A stretch of 58,278 nt of DNA, filler included, from Trypethelium eluteriae (lineage: Eukaryota): NCBI GenBank assembly GCA_051942245.1. It is 2 parts of 2 records of this genome, joined end to end, with 100 filler letters (N's around TTAATTAATTAA, not from the genome) between each part and the next. Parts side by side here need not be neighbours in the genome. Positions count along the whole stretch, not along the records: positions 29,244 to 58,278 come from JAVECL010000299.1; 1 more part is not named here. One strand, written 5' to 3'. Shown here piece after piece: positions 38,901-49,592 of the stretch (the first letter of the stretch is position 1; every line of letters starts with the position of its first letter). A model generated the notes under the pieces. The model was not told the DNA's origin. It made no database searches and saw nothing but the letters and a program-made list of their open reading frames with translations. Position numbers and translations under genes: made by a program.

Positions 38901-39939
38901 TATTCCAACTCAGGACAACTACTGTGATTGCGGTCTCTACCTACTCGGCTACGTTAGTCGGTTCCTGGAAGAGCCTCAGGACTTCGTTAGGAAGATCGTG
39001 AGCAGACAACATATCGATTTTCCAGAGCTCAACCCTGGCATCATGAGAACGAATATCAAGAAGTTGTTGCAAAATTTGTATAAGGAACAAAAGAACGCCA
39101 GGGATCAGAAATTGGAGGCCAGAGGTAAATTAAAGAACGTCAAAATACAAGGCGCGCAGAAGGGAAAGACTAGAGAAGGTGGGCAGCAAAATACTGTTGA
39201 AACACGGCCACAATTGCAACATCAAAGCCCACCCAAAACCTCAATCGTCTCTGTACCATCTGATCAGAAGCTAAAGGACGAAATATCCGATGAGAGCCCT
39301 CCGGTACCAGTCCGCAGGAGCGTATCGCCCTCAAAGACAGCGGAATCATCGGTGTCCCAGCCGACTCGAGGTAGCGGATCTCCGGTAAAGGCGCCTGAAC
39401 TTCCAGATGCTGCACCACTGTTATCCAAGAATGCATCTTCCAGACAGGGTTCGAAGTCTGTCATAAGACCCGAATCACAGTGCCTATTGCATGAGTCGCA
39501 GCAACCAGAGTCGCTCGAGGATTCCGTGGTCTTTGTTTCCGAGCAGGCAGTACCCAAGCAGGTATCACCGCCACAGCGGCGAGAGGATACCGACCACAAG
39601 CGAGCGGGTGCCGCAATTACCTCGCGGAAGAGGCTCGATTCTAACCTCCCCCGCGCGCAAGAAGATGGAGAGTCCTCAGGCCGCTATCGTCAAGGACTCG
39701 ATATAATCACGCAGCTTAGAGAAGCGGCGGAGGATGAAGACCGTTTCAAGGCAAAGAGGAAGCAGCGGAGTAAGATGCAGGAGGCCACGCAGGCTGAAAC
39801 ACTGGAGGAGACACAGGAAGTGACACAGGAGGGTGAAGAGGAAGAAGGGCAAGGTGGCGGGCACAAAAATGATCGCGGAGCTGATGGGGGAAGCGAGGAG
39901 GATGAGGTTGAGGTCATCCTCGAAAGCCCCGTCGGGTAA
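35957..39939 (+). CDS. ULP2: Ulp1-family (peptidase C48) SUMO protease, Ulp2-like; 5' exon structure uncertain (may begin near 35699)
   Basis: Exons 36022-37415 and 37473-39939 are joined by GTGAGT..CAG; a probable upstream donor lies at 35966. Motifs: LDEGEFLNDNLI.FY, FFSNFFF, VQRWT.KVDIF, catalytic HWY, VLDS and QDNYCDCG. Confidence 0.85.
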
Positions 39940-40530
39940 TTGGCGCGTGACAGTATACATCGAAAGAGCATCCTCTAGCCAATCTTATTCTCCCGCTTTC
40001 TTTACATATGGCGGCGCTCTGCATAATTGAGGGACATGGCATGGGCTCTCGGAAACAGAGCAATGGGCAGGGCATGATGGAGTTCAAAGATACTAGCATA
40101 GTGATACCAAAATGACATTTTCCACGCGTGAGGTTTGCATAAAGTGTCTGGTATACACATTGGTTCAGCTTGATCAGGTAGTGAAGATTCACGTTCTCTA
40201 CATTTTGTATGCCAGGGCAACGTATGATTAGGAACGGGACGGGTTGGCGACGGTAAAGAGTGCTAGCCTTCTGTCCTGTGACGTACTCTAGAACCCCACT
40301 GTGACTCCCTCTCCAAAAATTCTCGCAATTCCGCAATTTCGGCAAAAAAAATTTTGGGGAATCTCAAAATGGCATGTAGTTCGTGAGAAAGGTCGTGTTG
40401 GGTTGAATGCACCTCCGCATTGCACTCTGATTTGGAGTTGTGGTAAAGAGGTGGGACGGTTATCTCAGCCATGGTGCGCGGTAGTGGCGCTACGTTCAAT
40501 TGGCGCTTTACTAGCGCAATATAGCGTTAA

Positions 40531-40889
40531 CCCTTTGGCTTTCTGGCTCTGCCGTCTGAGTGCCTTTGGGGTCTGCCTCTGAGGCCTGTCTACCTGCCTG
40601 CCTAACTATTTACCTGCTGCCTCTGTCTCTAAATTATATTCAATATTGCGAACTTCACCCTTTTTATTTACAAAAATTCACCTTAACAAAAATCTATTTA
40701 TTAATTTAGTAGTTAAAGATAAGAATGTTATTTTACATGTTATATGGGTATTTTTTATATAAATTTGTTATCTTTAATACTTTTTAAAGGCTTAAAGGAT
40801 AAAAAATAAGGCGTGTAAAGTGGTTTTTGATGTAAAATAAACCCAAAGGAACTTAGACGTTAAATAATAAGAGGCTTAGTCAACAAGGG
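40531..40889. mobile_element. Non-autonomous piggyBac-like element (MITE) relic with AT-rich, RIP-like interior
   Basis: Ends TTAA|CCCTT (40527-40535) and AAGGG|TTGA (40885-40893). Sub-terminal inverted repeat CGTCTGAGTGCCTTTGGG (40553-40570) matches the reverse complement of 40842-40859 at 16/18 positions. No ORF; interior is TpA-rich. Confidence 0.55.
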
Positions 40890-41272
40890 TTGATAGTTAG
40901 TAATCTCCAAACCCTTGCAGGCCTAGTCTCATCTCATCTAGCGCCTGAGGTTCTGAGGTAATGGGACGGCATGAAAGAGTGAAGTATTTGCACCAAAACT
41001 TGAGGGTCTGAGTTTTTGGAAGATTAAGTAGGTAGTTGTGTGGATTATACTAATGACTCAGCGAGTACACTCTCGAAGGTCGTCGACATATTTTCTGATT
41101 TCCTGAGATAGGGACAAATCAAGATCTGTCAGCTTAGTCATTGGAGATTCAATCGTCAGAGCAGAAGTACACCCAGGTAAGCTCGTATTCGAAGGATATA
41201 CAAGAAACGTAATACAATAAGGAGATGGGTAGGACGGTGGATGGTAGAGCTAAGACTTAATAAATACACTAT

Positions 41273-42061
41273 CTACATAGCGATATATTCTTTAAGTAGT
41301 TTGACTACCGCCTCATGACCGCAGAACGCAGCGTCCGATAGCACTCTCCGGCTGTAATTATCCTTCAAGTCAACCTCAACCTTTCCTGTTGTGAGTAGTA
41401 GCTTGACCACCGCCTCATGCCCATGTGTCGCAGCCGATAATAGCGGTGTCCGGCTGTAATTATCCTTTAAGTTGATGTTAATCTTTTCAGACGCGACCAG
41501 CAGCTTAACCACCGCCTTATGCCCATATTGCGCAGCCTATAATAGCGGTATCTGGCTGTTATTATCCTTTAAGTTAACATTAACCTTTTTTAACGCGACC
41601 AACAGCTCAACCACCGCCTCATGCCTATATTGCGCAGCCTATAATAGCGGTGTGCGGCCGTTATTGTCCTTCAAGTTAACGTCAACCTTTTTTAACACAA
41701 CCAGCAGCTCGACCACCGCCTCATGCCCATATTGCGCAGCCTATAATAGCGGTGTGCGGCCGTTATTGTCCTTCAAGTTGACGTCAACCTTTTCTGACGC
41801 GACCAGCAGCTTGACCACCGCCTCATGCCCACCGGACGCAGCCCATGATAGCGGTGTGCGGCTGTTATTGTCCTTCAAGTCAACGTCAACCTTTTCTGAC
41901 GCGACCAGCAGCTCAGCCACCGCCTCATGCCCATATTGCGCAGCTAATGATAGCGGTGTCCGGCCGTTATTGTCCTTCAAGTCAACGTCAACCTTTTCTG
42001 ACGCGACCAGCAGCTTGACCACTGCCTCATGCCCACCGGACGCAGCCCAGAAAAGCGGTGT
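41273..42061 (-). repeat. High-identity ankyrin tandem array, about 8 units of 102 bp (34 aa)
   Basis: Unit TPLS(W/L)AAxxGHEAVVKLLVASEKVDVDLKDNNGR. Equivalent codons recur at 42047, 41945, 41843, 41741, 41639 and 41537; the last three are TAG stops. Confidence 0.95.
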
Positions 42062-45000
42062 CTGGCTTCGCTTACTCCAAGAACGGTACGCATCGTTCAA
42101 GGGCCATAGAACTGTTTCAGGAGAGAGACACAGATCCGGCAGACGATCTCCGTTTGAGCAGACGCTAACATTAGGAGTTATTAGAGCTTTGACAGCTTCT
42201 TCGTTTTTTTTTGCCACTCCGACACATAGTGGGAATTCATAGCGTTCCCCTGGAATATCCATGTGTTGAACCCGTTGAAGTTCAATCGCGATAAGGTCTG
42301 GCAAATTCTTCTCTACGAGGATGTATAGTAGACTTACTTCTGGCGTGTGTCGACGCACTTGAAATCTCTCAAAAAGGTTATCGAGGAGGACCCAGTCTTG
42401 GACAGTAAAGCCTTGAACGAAACTGTCTTGACAGATGCCGTCTCTGCTTGCTGCATTGGAATGATGAAGTATATTGCGCACAGCGTACTCAAGAAGCGGT
42501 AACCTCTCATTTGCTCGCCGCCTAAGATCTGCAGCTGCTTCAGAGTTTGCAGCCGGTAGGTTGGTAGTAAGCGGCAAATATTCCGAAGCATTAACTCTCA
42601 GGTATGTTTGGCAGCATTGCTTTAGTCGCTCGTGGCCTTGCTTAAGAAATGCTTCACCACTAAGAAGCTCGAGTCTTCCCTCTTTGAGAAAATCTCGCAC
42701 CGATTCGTGAATAAACTGGACAGACTGAGCCTTTGACTTTGTCACCTCAGCAAGTCCCTTGGAAGAATGTAGTATGAATCTTTCCATATCTTGCTCAGTA
42801 ACTTCTTTTGGATCCCATGGAGCCAGTGCTTCGGTAGCTAGTCCGGAGAGAAGGCCAAAGTAAAGCTCTTCGCGTTTCAAAGGCCGCTTTGTGAGTAATA
42901 TCCATTGAAGGCATAGAATTAGGTCGTCAACCTGCTCACCATCTCGTGTTAAAATATCATTAAAGAGCTCAAATAACTCGGTTGGGATCTGGTTGAAACG
43001 CTTCTGCAGTGCGTAAACTTTGCCGCGGTCAAACTCTTTTTGGAGCATCTTTACCACTAAGACAGCCCAAAGGAATATACCGCAAGCTCTCTGAGGTATC
43101 TCATCCTTAATTTGCCGGACTACTTTGCTCTGGCCAGCTCTAAGTTCGCTCTGTACGTAATTAATTATATCCTGTAGGTGGCCTTCCTGACCTTCTAGGG
43201 TAAGCTCGACCCCTTTCTCAATAGTAATGTACGGATAGTGGCGGCTTGAAAAACAGACGTGTAATTGAGTTCCGGACATAACTGAAACTTGTGCGAGTCG
43301 TTCGAAGAATTCCACCATGTCTCTCACCTCCCCCTCGTTGCATTCGTCCAAGCCATCGATAAAACAAACCAGATGACGCTGCTTGAGATTCTCGACGGCG
43401 CGTTCAAAGAAGCCTCTCAATTTTTCGATACTCCATTTGACGGACTCGTATTCATCGGTTTCGTCCGGCCCAAGTATGTCAAACACATGTTGAAGCTCTT
43501 GAGCTTCGCTGAGCAGCTGAAATAGCAAGGACCGATACATGCCCTCGACGTTCCTCTCTAGGTCCTCACCCCTTGCGTTGAAATAGAAGGAAACAACGAT
43601 AGCATTCTTCATATTCCTCTTAGAATTCGAATATGCAAATTTCATAATAGTAGACTTTCCGGCAGCAGGCTTTCCCTTGATCCAAAATATTCCGTTGTGC
43701 TCTTTGATTTTACATGCATCAAGCCAGTCCTGGTATTCGGATTTTTTCAGCAACCACTTGCAGGTTTTTGTGTGTGCGGGCTTGATGTTCGCATGACGGG
43801 ACTCGATCTGATGGAATTTTAAGGAGTTCAGATAGATTCTTCGTTGATCTGTACTAAGAGCAATCGGCTCGAATTGATTAAGCTTTCGGCGAGCTTCGGA
43901 GGTATGTCGGAGAGCGTCGAAATCTACTTGATGATCAGGGTGCGAATCGGTCTTCCTGCGTTTCAAAGCCGGCTCTCCATCATTCAAAGAGGACGGAAGC
44001 CCGTCCAGTGGATGCTTCCCTACTAGATCATCAGCAACCGCACATTTTCAATATATCTTGACGAAGTGTAATACCTTCGGGGTACCGTGTCCCGAGGGTC
44101 GTCTTGAAGCTTGAGGAGGAACTTTGATCCAAAGATGCCGAAGGGCGCAACGGCTTGTCCATGCCTCTCCACACCTTCAAAAATGCCTTCATACATGCAG
44201 CTGCTGTAGCCGCAGCATATTTTTGCCACTTCTTGTTCTTATGACTGTCTGCGTAATCGCACACACCTTTAATGACCACGGTAGGGAAATGGTCCCACAC
44301 TCCGGCTCCCTCCATCTCAAACGCAATCACCTTCTCCTTCTTCGCAATGTCGTCACGATGATTCTCCGACTTTATCACTAAGTCTCCAGATCCAATCTTC
44401 CCAAAATGTATTTCAGGTCTCTGCACGATTCCCGTCTCTGTTGTAAGACCTTGTTCCTCAATTTTCTGCAGCCCTGACCGGGGAATCTGCTTCCTGGTAT
44501 CGCAACTCAGCTCTTCACAGCTTGACTCGCGCGCAGCCTCGCACGAGCTATTACTCCCGCAGATTTCGCATGCTTCTGATTGTTGGTGCATGTGACGGTA
44601 TGTCGACGGATAAAGGATGTCATTGCTCGCGCCGGGGTATCCCCACGTGTGGAAGTCGTCTTTCCTGCAGAGCTCACTCAGTTGGAAAAAAGTGTTGTCC
44701 TTCAGCTGCTTTCTGTCATGCAGACCTCCCATTTTCTGTAAGAAGCCTCGGATTTCCAGGTTCTGCCGGCCTAAACCATCTTCAAGCGTATCCTTTCTGA
44801 TCACCTTATCCGAGTACTGCCGTCCAAAATCAAACTGCACTACTCCAGTGCTGATAACGACGTCGCCGAGAAGCATCTCCTCGCCCTTTGTTATATCAGC
44901 AGGCACTCCTCCACAGATGCCTACCACCAGACCAAGCCTGATGCAGTTGAAACTGGAACAGAAATTCGCAGCCACGCTGGCCGATGCGTTCTTCCCCATA

Positions 45001-45203
45001 CCTGGCATGTGTGCAAGGACAACGTTGTGTTTGCCGATACGTCCAGTAGTGTAGGTATTCGAGTCGCTCGCTGCTTTCCCGTACGAGTCCCCTTCCTCCT
45101 CCCAAAATTCGTCGAAAACACCCAGCACAGCATCGGCTTCAATCGACAGAGCACAGATGATAGCGATATCAAAGTCGTCTCGGTGACGGGGCCGATTGGA
45201 CAT
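41741..45203 (-). CDS. Fungal NLR-like protein: PNP_UDP nucleoside phosphorylase - NACHT - ankyrin repeats; prematurely terminated (ancestral stop at 41273)
   Basis: Exon 45203-44075, then intron GTATTA..TAG (in-frame tandem acceptors ending at 44023 or 44020, GCTGAT branch), then exon 44019-41741. PNP motifs AIICALSIE, GICGGVP, LGDVVIS, FEMEGAG, IKGVCDYADSHKNKKWQ. Walker A GKPAAGKS, Walker B CFIDGLDEC, and FIHESVRDFL. Confidence 0.9.
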
Positions 45204-45469
45204 TGCTGTCGTAGTAGACCGAACGCTTTCGAGGATGAAGAGGTTCTTAGCTTGTCATGTAGGAAAAGAGGTCCTGACGTTGCGTATGTAGCATCGGCGC
45301 TCGGAGCTAGAATTCAGAAGGTGTCAGATCATTTGATCTAAGCCTTGTTGCCTGAATAGCCTTGAACTGCAGGGACTGTGGGCTGATTGGCTGCTTGTGT
45401 GTCGGGCGTAGGACATCTTTATTGGTCTGCCAACCGCGAATTAGCTCATACTCGACCTATGACCGATCC

Positions 45470-45753
45470 TTACCCTTCAGCTTCCACTTCCACCGGTGAA
45501 GGTATTTCTTCTAGGGATTGGTGCAGAGGTCCATCTGGAATGTTCTGCCTCTGAATCTCTGCAGACCCAGTCTCTCCACCCCTGTCTGGTTCTGGGCGAC
45601 ATCGAAGACTTGTAAGAAGAATCTAGAGGCTCGACGCTTGATCATACATTTCTGGCGTTCCTTTAGCGTGTTTGTGACATCGCTCAGTTACTTGACTTTG
45701 AAAGAGAGCTACACTTCAGCAATGATGCTTGCGGTAACACTAAGCAGATCCAT
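45470..45753 (-). pseudogene. Decayed HeLo-like/STAND N-terminal domain
   Basis: Conceptual translation MDLLSVTASIIAEV*LSFKVK*LSDVTNTLKERQKCMI/(frameshift)ASSL*ILLTSLRCRPEPDRGGETGSAEIQRQNIPDGPLHQSLE resembles the MDPLSxTASIIAxxQL...YLxDVKxAPKER...EASxL..LL..LR...GPLxQ N-terminus of fungal NACHT proteins. Stops at 45709-45711, 45688-45690 and 45623-45625. Confidence 0.7.
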
Positions 45754-46312
45754 GCTGAGTCTTCACGAGTATAGTAGCCATGATTCCGCTAGACCGGGTG
45801 TTGAATTGAGGCAAAACTTCATCATCGTGGTGTTTAGGCAAGGCTGACAAGCTGCAAGCGCCATGTTCACAGCATGCAGCCTTACCAGTTGCTCTAGCCA
45901 GTTGCTCTAGCGAGTCGCTGCACCATTTCTTACATGCATGGCACATTTCGGAACATGGCGAGATGCCTGAGGCAAATTCTCCTTGTGCATAGGCGACGAT
46001 AAGTCCATCTTCGTCATACAAGTGTTCAATGCGCTGCTCAAGACTAGCACCGCATTGTAGCATCCACAAAGCGTACGACCAGAAGCAAATTTGAAGGGCA
46101 TGAGAATTGTATTGACGATCCAGTGCAAACATAGCCTAATATATTGCAGTTGGGAGGGCAAGGCCGTGGGAACCTGCGTTAATAAAATTGAACGGACGGC
46201 GTTTGGGGGTGAACGGGATTAGTCATGAAAACTCCGCAAATCCCTGCACAAAAATCGCTCCTCATTAGATTGGAGTCATCCGAACCTTTCGCGAAAACGG
46301 AGATTCAACAGC

Positions 46313-47063
46313 ATGAGTTTCCCGGGAGTGCCGCTCGGCGGCTTGAACGGCCAAAATGCTGGATTATCAGAGCAGCAGCTACAAGAGCAGAAGATGATCA
46401 GATACGTGAGTCCTCTCAACTTGCCATTACATATACATCCTCTCCTTCACAGGCCGGCTTGGCCGCTTCTGCTCACCCAGCTATAGATGACAGCCGCAAT
46501 GGAGAGTTGCGCGGGCAAGTCTGTCATGGCAGGTGTGGGGGGCTTTGGTCTCGGAGGCATGTTTGGCATGTTCATGGCGAGCGTGAGTATCTCTTCCATC
46601 CTCCTTCTAGAACTTCAACTGAGATCAAGATTAAATTAGATGCGCTACGACACACCAATGACACCTCAGGGCCAAGAGATGCTCAATCTTTCAACTCGCC
46701 AACAGATCGCTCGTGGCTTCAAAGATATGGGAAAATCGAGTTGGAGCAGCGCTAAGAATTTTGGAATGATCGGTGCATTATTCTCGGGCACAGAATGCAC
46801 GATTGAGGCAGTACGCATATCCTTTGGTCGATTTTGACCGGTGGAGAATATTTGAATGGTAAAATACTGATCCCTTACAGTTACGGGCAAAAAATGATAT
46901 CTACAATGGAGTCGCCGGCGGCTGTATCACAGGTGGTGCTTTAGCATACAAGGCAGGTCCACAAGCGGCAGCTTTAGGATGCGCAGGCTTTGCAGCTTTC
47001 AGTACGGCGATCGAGTTTTATCTGAGGATGCCTGCAGACGAGGGAAGCAGAAAAGTCATCTGA
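46313..47063 (+). CDS. TIM22: Mitochondrial inner-membrane translocase Tim22, 180 aa, 4 exons
   Basis: Exons 46313-46405, 46487-46582, 46640-46810 and 46881-47063. Motifs [69 protein letters not shown]. Confidence 0.95.
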
Positions 47064-48169
47064 AGGACAATACCGGCCTGGTCAGCAGACTACTTCATTG
47101 GAGACGGGCAACGCTTTTAATAAGCTACTAGACGGCGTAAGGTCACTCAAAGGGTATATCGGAGTTTACGATGCATTGCAGGCGTTCAGGCAGGATCTTT
47201 ACGCGAGGATACGGGCACTATCGGTGTGTACAGACCTCTCGCATTGGTATTTCAACTTCGGCAAGGACGACGACGCCTGCGACAGTGTGTCTAACTTTCC
47301 CGATCAAGAATCTCCTACTTTTCTTCTGATTTTGGGGGCCTGATAGCAAAGGTGGTCTCTACCACTACTCTAACCTGATGTTGAGGGTTTGCGGACAGTC
47401 TGCATAGAAGTCTCATTGCTGCTTCACATAGCTATACATCTCCTCTCTGGTAGGAAAATTAACACGTCAAGGCATAGGAGAAATCCTATCTGATTGGATT
47501 CACCCCAATTGTCCTAGCAGGATTACTGCACCAGACAGCCCCAGACGGGCCATGCTCTCTTGTTCATCTGACTGCTCTATCGATTCGTTGTTTCAAGACA
47601 AACGTGTTTGTCTAGTCGAAGCTGTCAAACCATACATGAACATTAGACCTAGATAACTACATAGAACCAAGAATTAACCACCATAAAAACTACCTCACTG
47701 CACCTGAGTTTTAACATCAACGACAGCGCAGATAGCGACACCATTTCTCTGACGCGGAAGTGGGAGGACTCATAGATTGTGTTGCGAAAGCCGTGGAGCT
47801 GAGATCGGCTTCCAATTCGGGACGGAGACCCACGTGCAACTGGCTGAGCTGACGTCCATCCGAAATCTCCGTTTAGAGGCTCAGGTTTGATATTCCAAGA
47901 AATTCCGGAGCAGCCTCTTCTCGATAGAACTTTTTTAACATTAGATTCTACTCTCGTATAATGATCCATTGCTGCAGTAGTCAGTGACCGTAACCACTTC
48001 GTCTCCAATCCCTACTCCTTCAATTCGCACAACGATCTCTTTCCGCGAAGGATTCCACTTTCTTATTTTCTTGCCTGAAGCCTTTGTTCACAATCTGGAA
48101 GAAACTTGTGTCTCTTTGCGCAGAAATCAGTCAGTTTGCTATATTCTATACCCGCAGAAGATTTCAGTC

Positions 48170-49539
48170 ATGGGCTTGAATGCAGTAGCCATCATCGGTG
48201 GCGGTATTGCTGTTAGTAAGCCCTGCCTGGTTCTACCCTCGAGTAGAAAAGGTGGTTAATATTGAGATTTATTTGTCGATTTAGGCTCCCGTCCTCGCTC
48301 TAGCTCTCAAAGAGTCTGGTATCGCCTCGACAATCTACGAGGCCCGCCCTGACGGTGCTGTGGATGAAGGGACCATCACCCTAACACCAAATTCTCTACG
48401 CATTCTAGATGCACTTGGCCTTTATGAGCCCATACGTGGGGAGGGCGGGAATTTCGAGGCAATCACGCTTGTCAATCCGCAGTGGCAGAAGCTTGGTCAG
48501 CTGAAGATGGGCAGTGTCGAACTGTTTGGATACGAGGCAATACGACTTCCTCGACAAGTCTTGCGGGGTGTAGCACTTCGCAAAGCTGCAGAGAATGGGG
48601 TGAAGATCCACTATGAGCATCGCTTCTCTTCAATAGTAGAAAATGGGAAAGATGGCCGTGCGAGAATTACATTCACAAATGGCACAACCGCTTCGGCGGA
48701 TTTCGTTGTCGGAGCTGATGGCTTCTTTTCTGCGGTTCGCAAGGAGATTTTCCCTGACGCAGCACCGCCCGAGTATATGGGTCACCTAAATCTAAGTGGA
48801 AGAGTAGAAAGAAAGGAGCTCGACATTCCAGAAGATGAGTTCAAGTGCCCGTGTTCGAGCTTCGGACCAGACAGCTTTTTCGCGTTCATGCCAACCAAAG
48901 ACTCCACGAAGGTCAATTATCTGTCCTCATTCAATTTCGCGGACCTTGGAAAGGAGGGATGGAAGGAGATGTCAATGCAACCAGCGGAACATAGACGCTT
49001 AATGGAAGAGCACTTTTGCCGAGACCCATGGCCGCAGTGGTTGCAGACTGCGCTCAGGAAACTTCCAGATGATGAGATTCGAAGTTGGCCGTAAGTGACA
49101 CCAGATCGCGTAAAACGACGTACTGATGAGATGGATGCTCAGTTACTATGTCCTCCCATTTCTTTCGACATATATTTCTCCATCCGGAAAAGTAGCTCTC
49201 ATCGGTGACGCTGCTCATGGTCAGCCTCCGACCGGAGCTCAAGGTGCAAATTCAGCCATTGAGGATGCCAGAAGTCTTGCCCTTGTCCTGTCTAGGAGCG
49301 CCTCAGCTGAGAACCAATTGGAGCTGTTGAAGCGATGGGACAATTATCGAAGGCAGAGGATGGAGAAGGTGGTTTCGAATACCCTCAAAAACACCGCCAT
49401 GCTCAAAAGGACGTACGGACCATGGATGCAAGTGGCCCGGGAATGGATGATGTGGGGGTTGTTCACCTATTTCATGCCAGAAGATTCCGGGTTGCAATGG
49501 TTATATGGTTATAGATGGGAAAGCGTTCTAGAAGATTAG
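48170..49539 (+). CDS. FAD-dependent monooxygenase (salicylate hydroxylase/UbiH-like), ~414 aa
   Basis: Exons 48170-48211, 48285-49090 and 49143-49539. Rossmann motif VAIIGGGIA, DG motif VVGADGFFSAVR, GD motif ALIGDAAHGQPPTGAQGANSAIEDA. Confidence 0.9.
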
Positions 49540-49592
49540 ATTGACTGCGTCGATGTGGTAGATTAATGGAAATGCTTGTATGAATACAGAAG

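Noticed and set aside
40310..40360. Imperfect inverted repeat TCCAAAAATT...AATTTTGGGGA
   Set aside because: Short and built on A/T runs, with no partner terminus or target-site duplication to define an element.
41273..42061. CRISPR-like regular repeat
   Set aside because: Eukaryotic protein-coding tandem repeat with no unique spacers.
41472..42242. 256-aa repetitive plus-strand ORF
   Set aside because: Antisense shadow of the ankyrin array.
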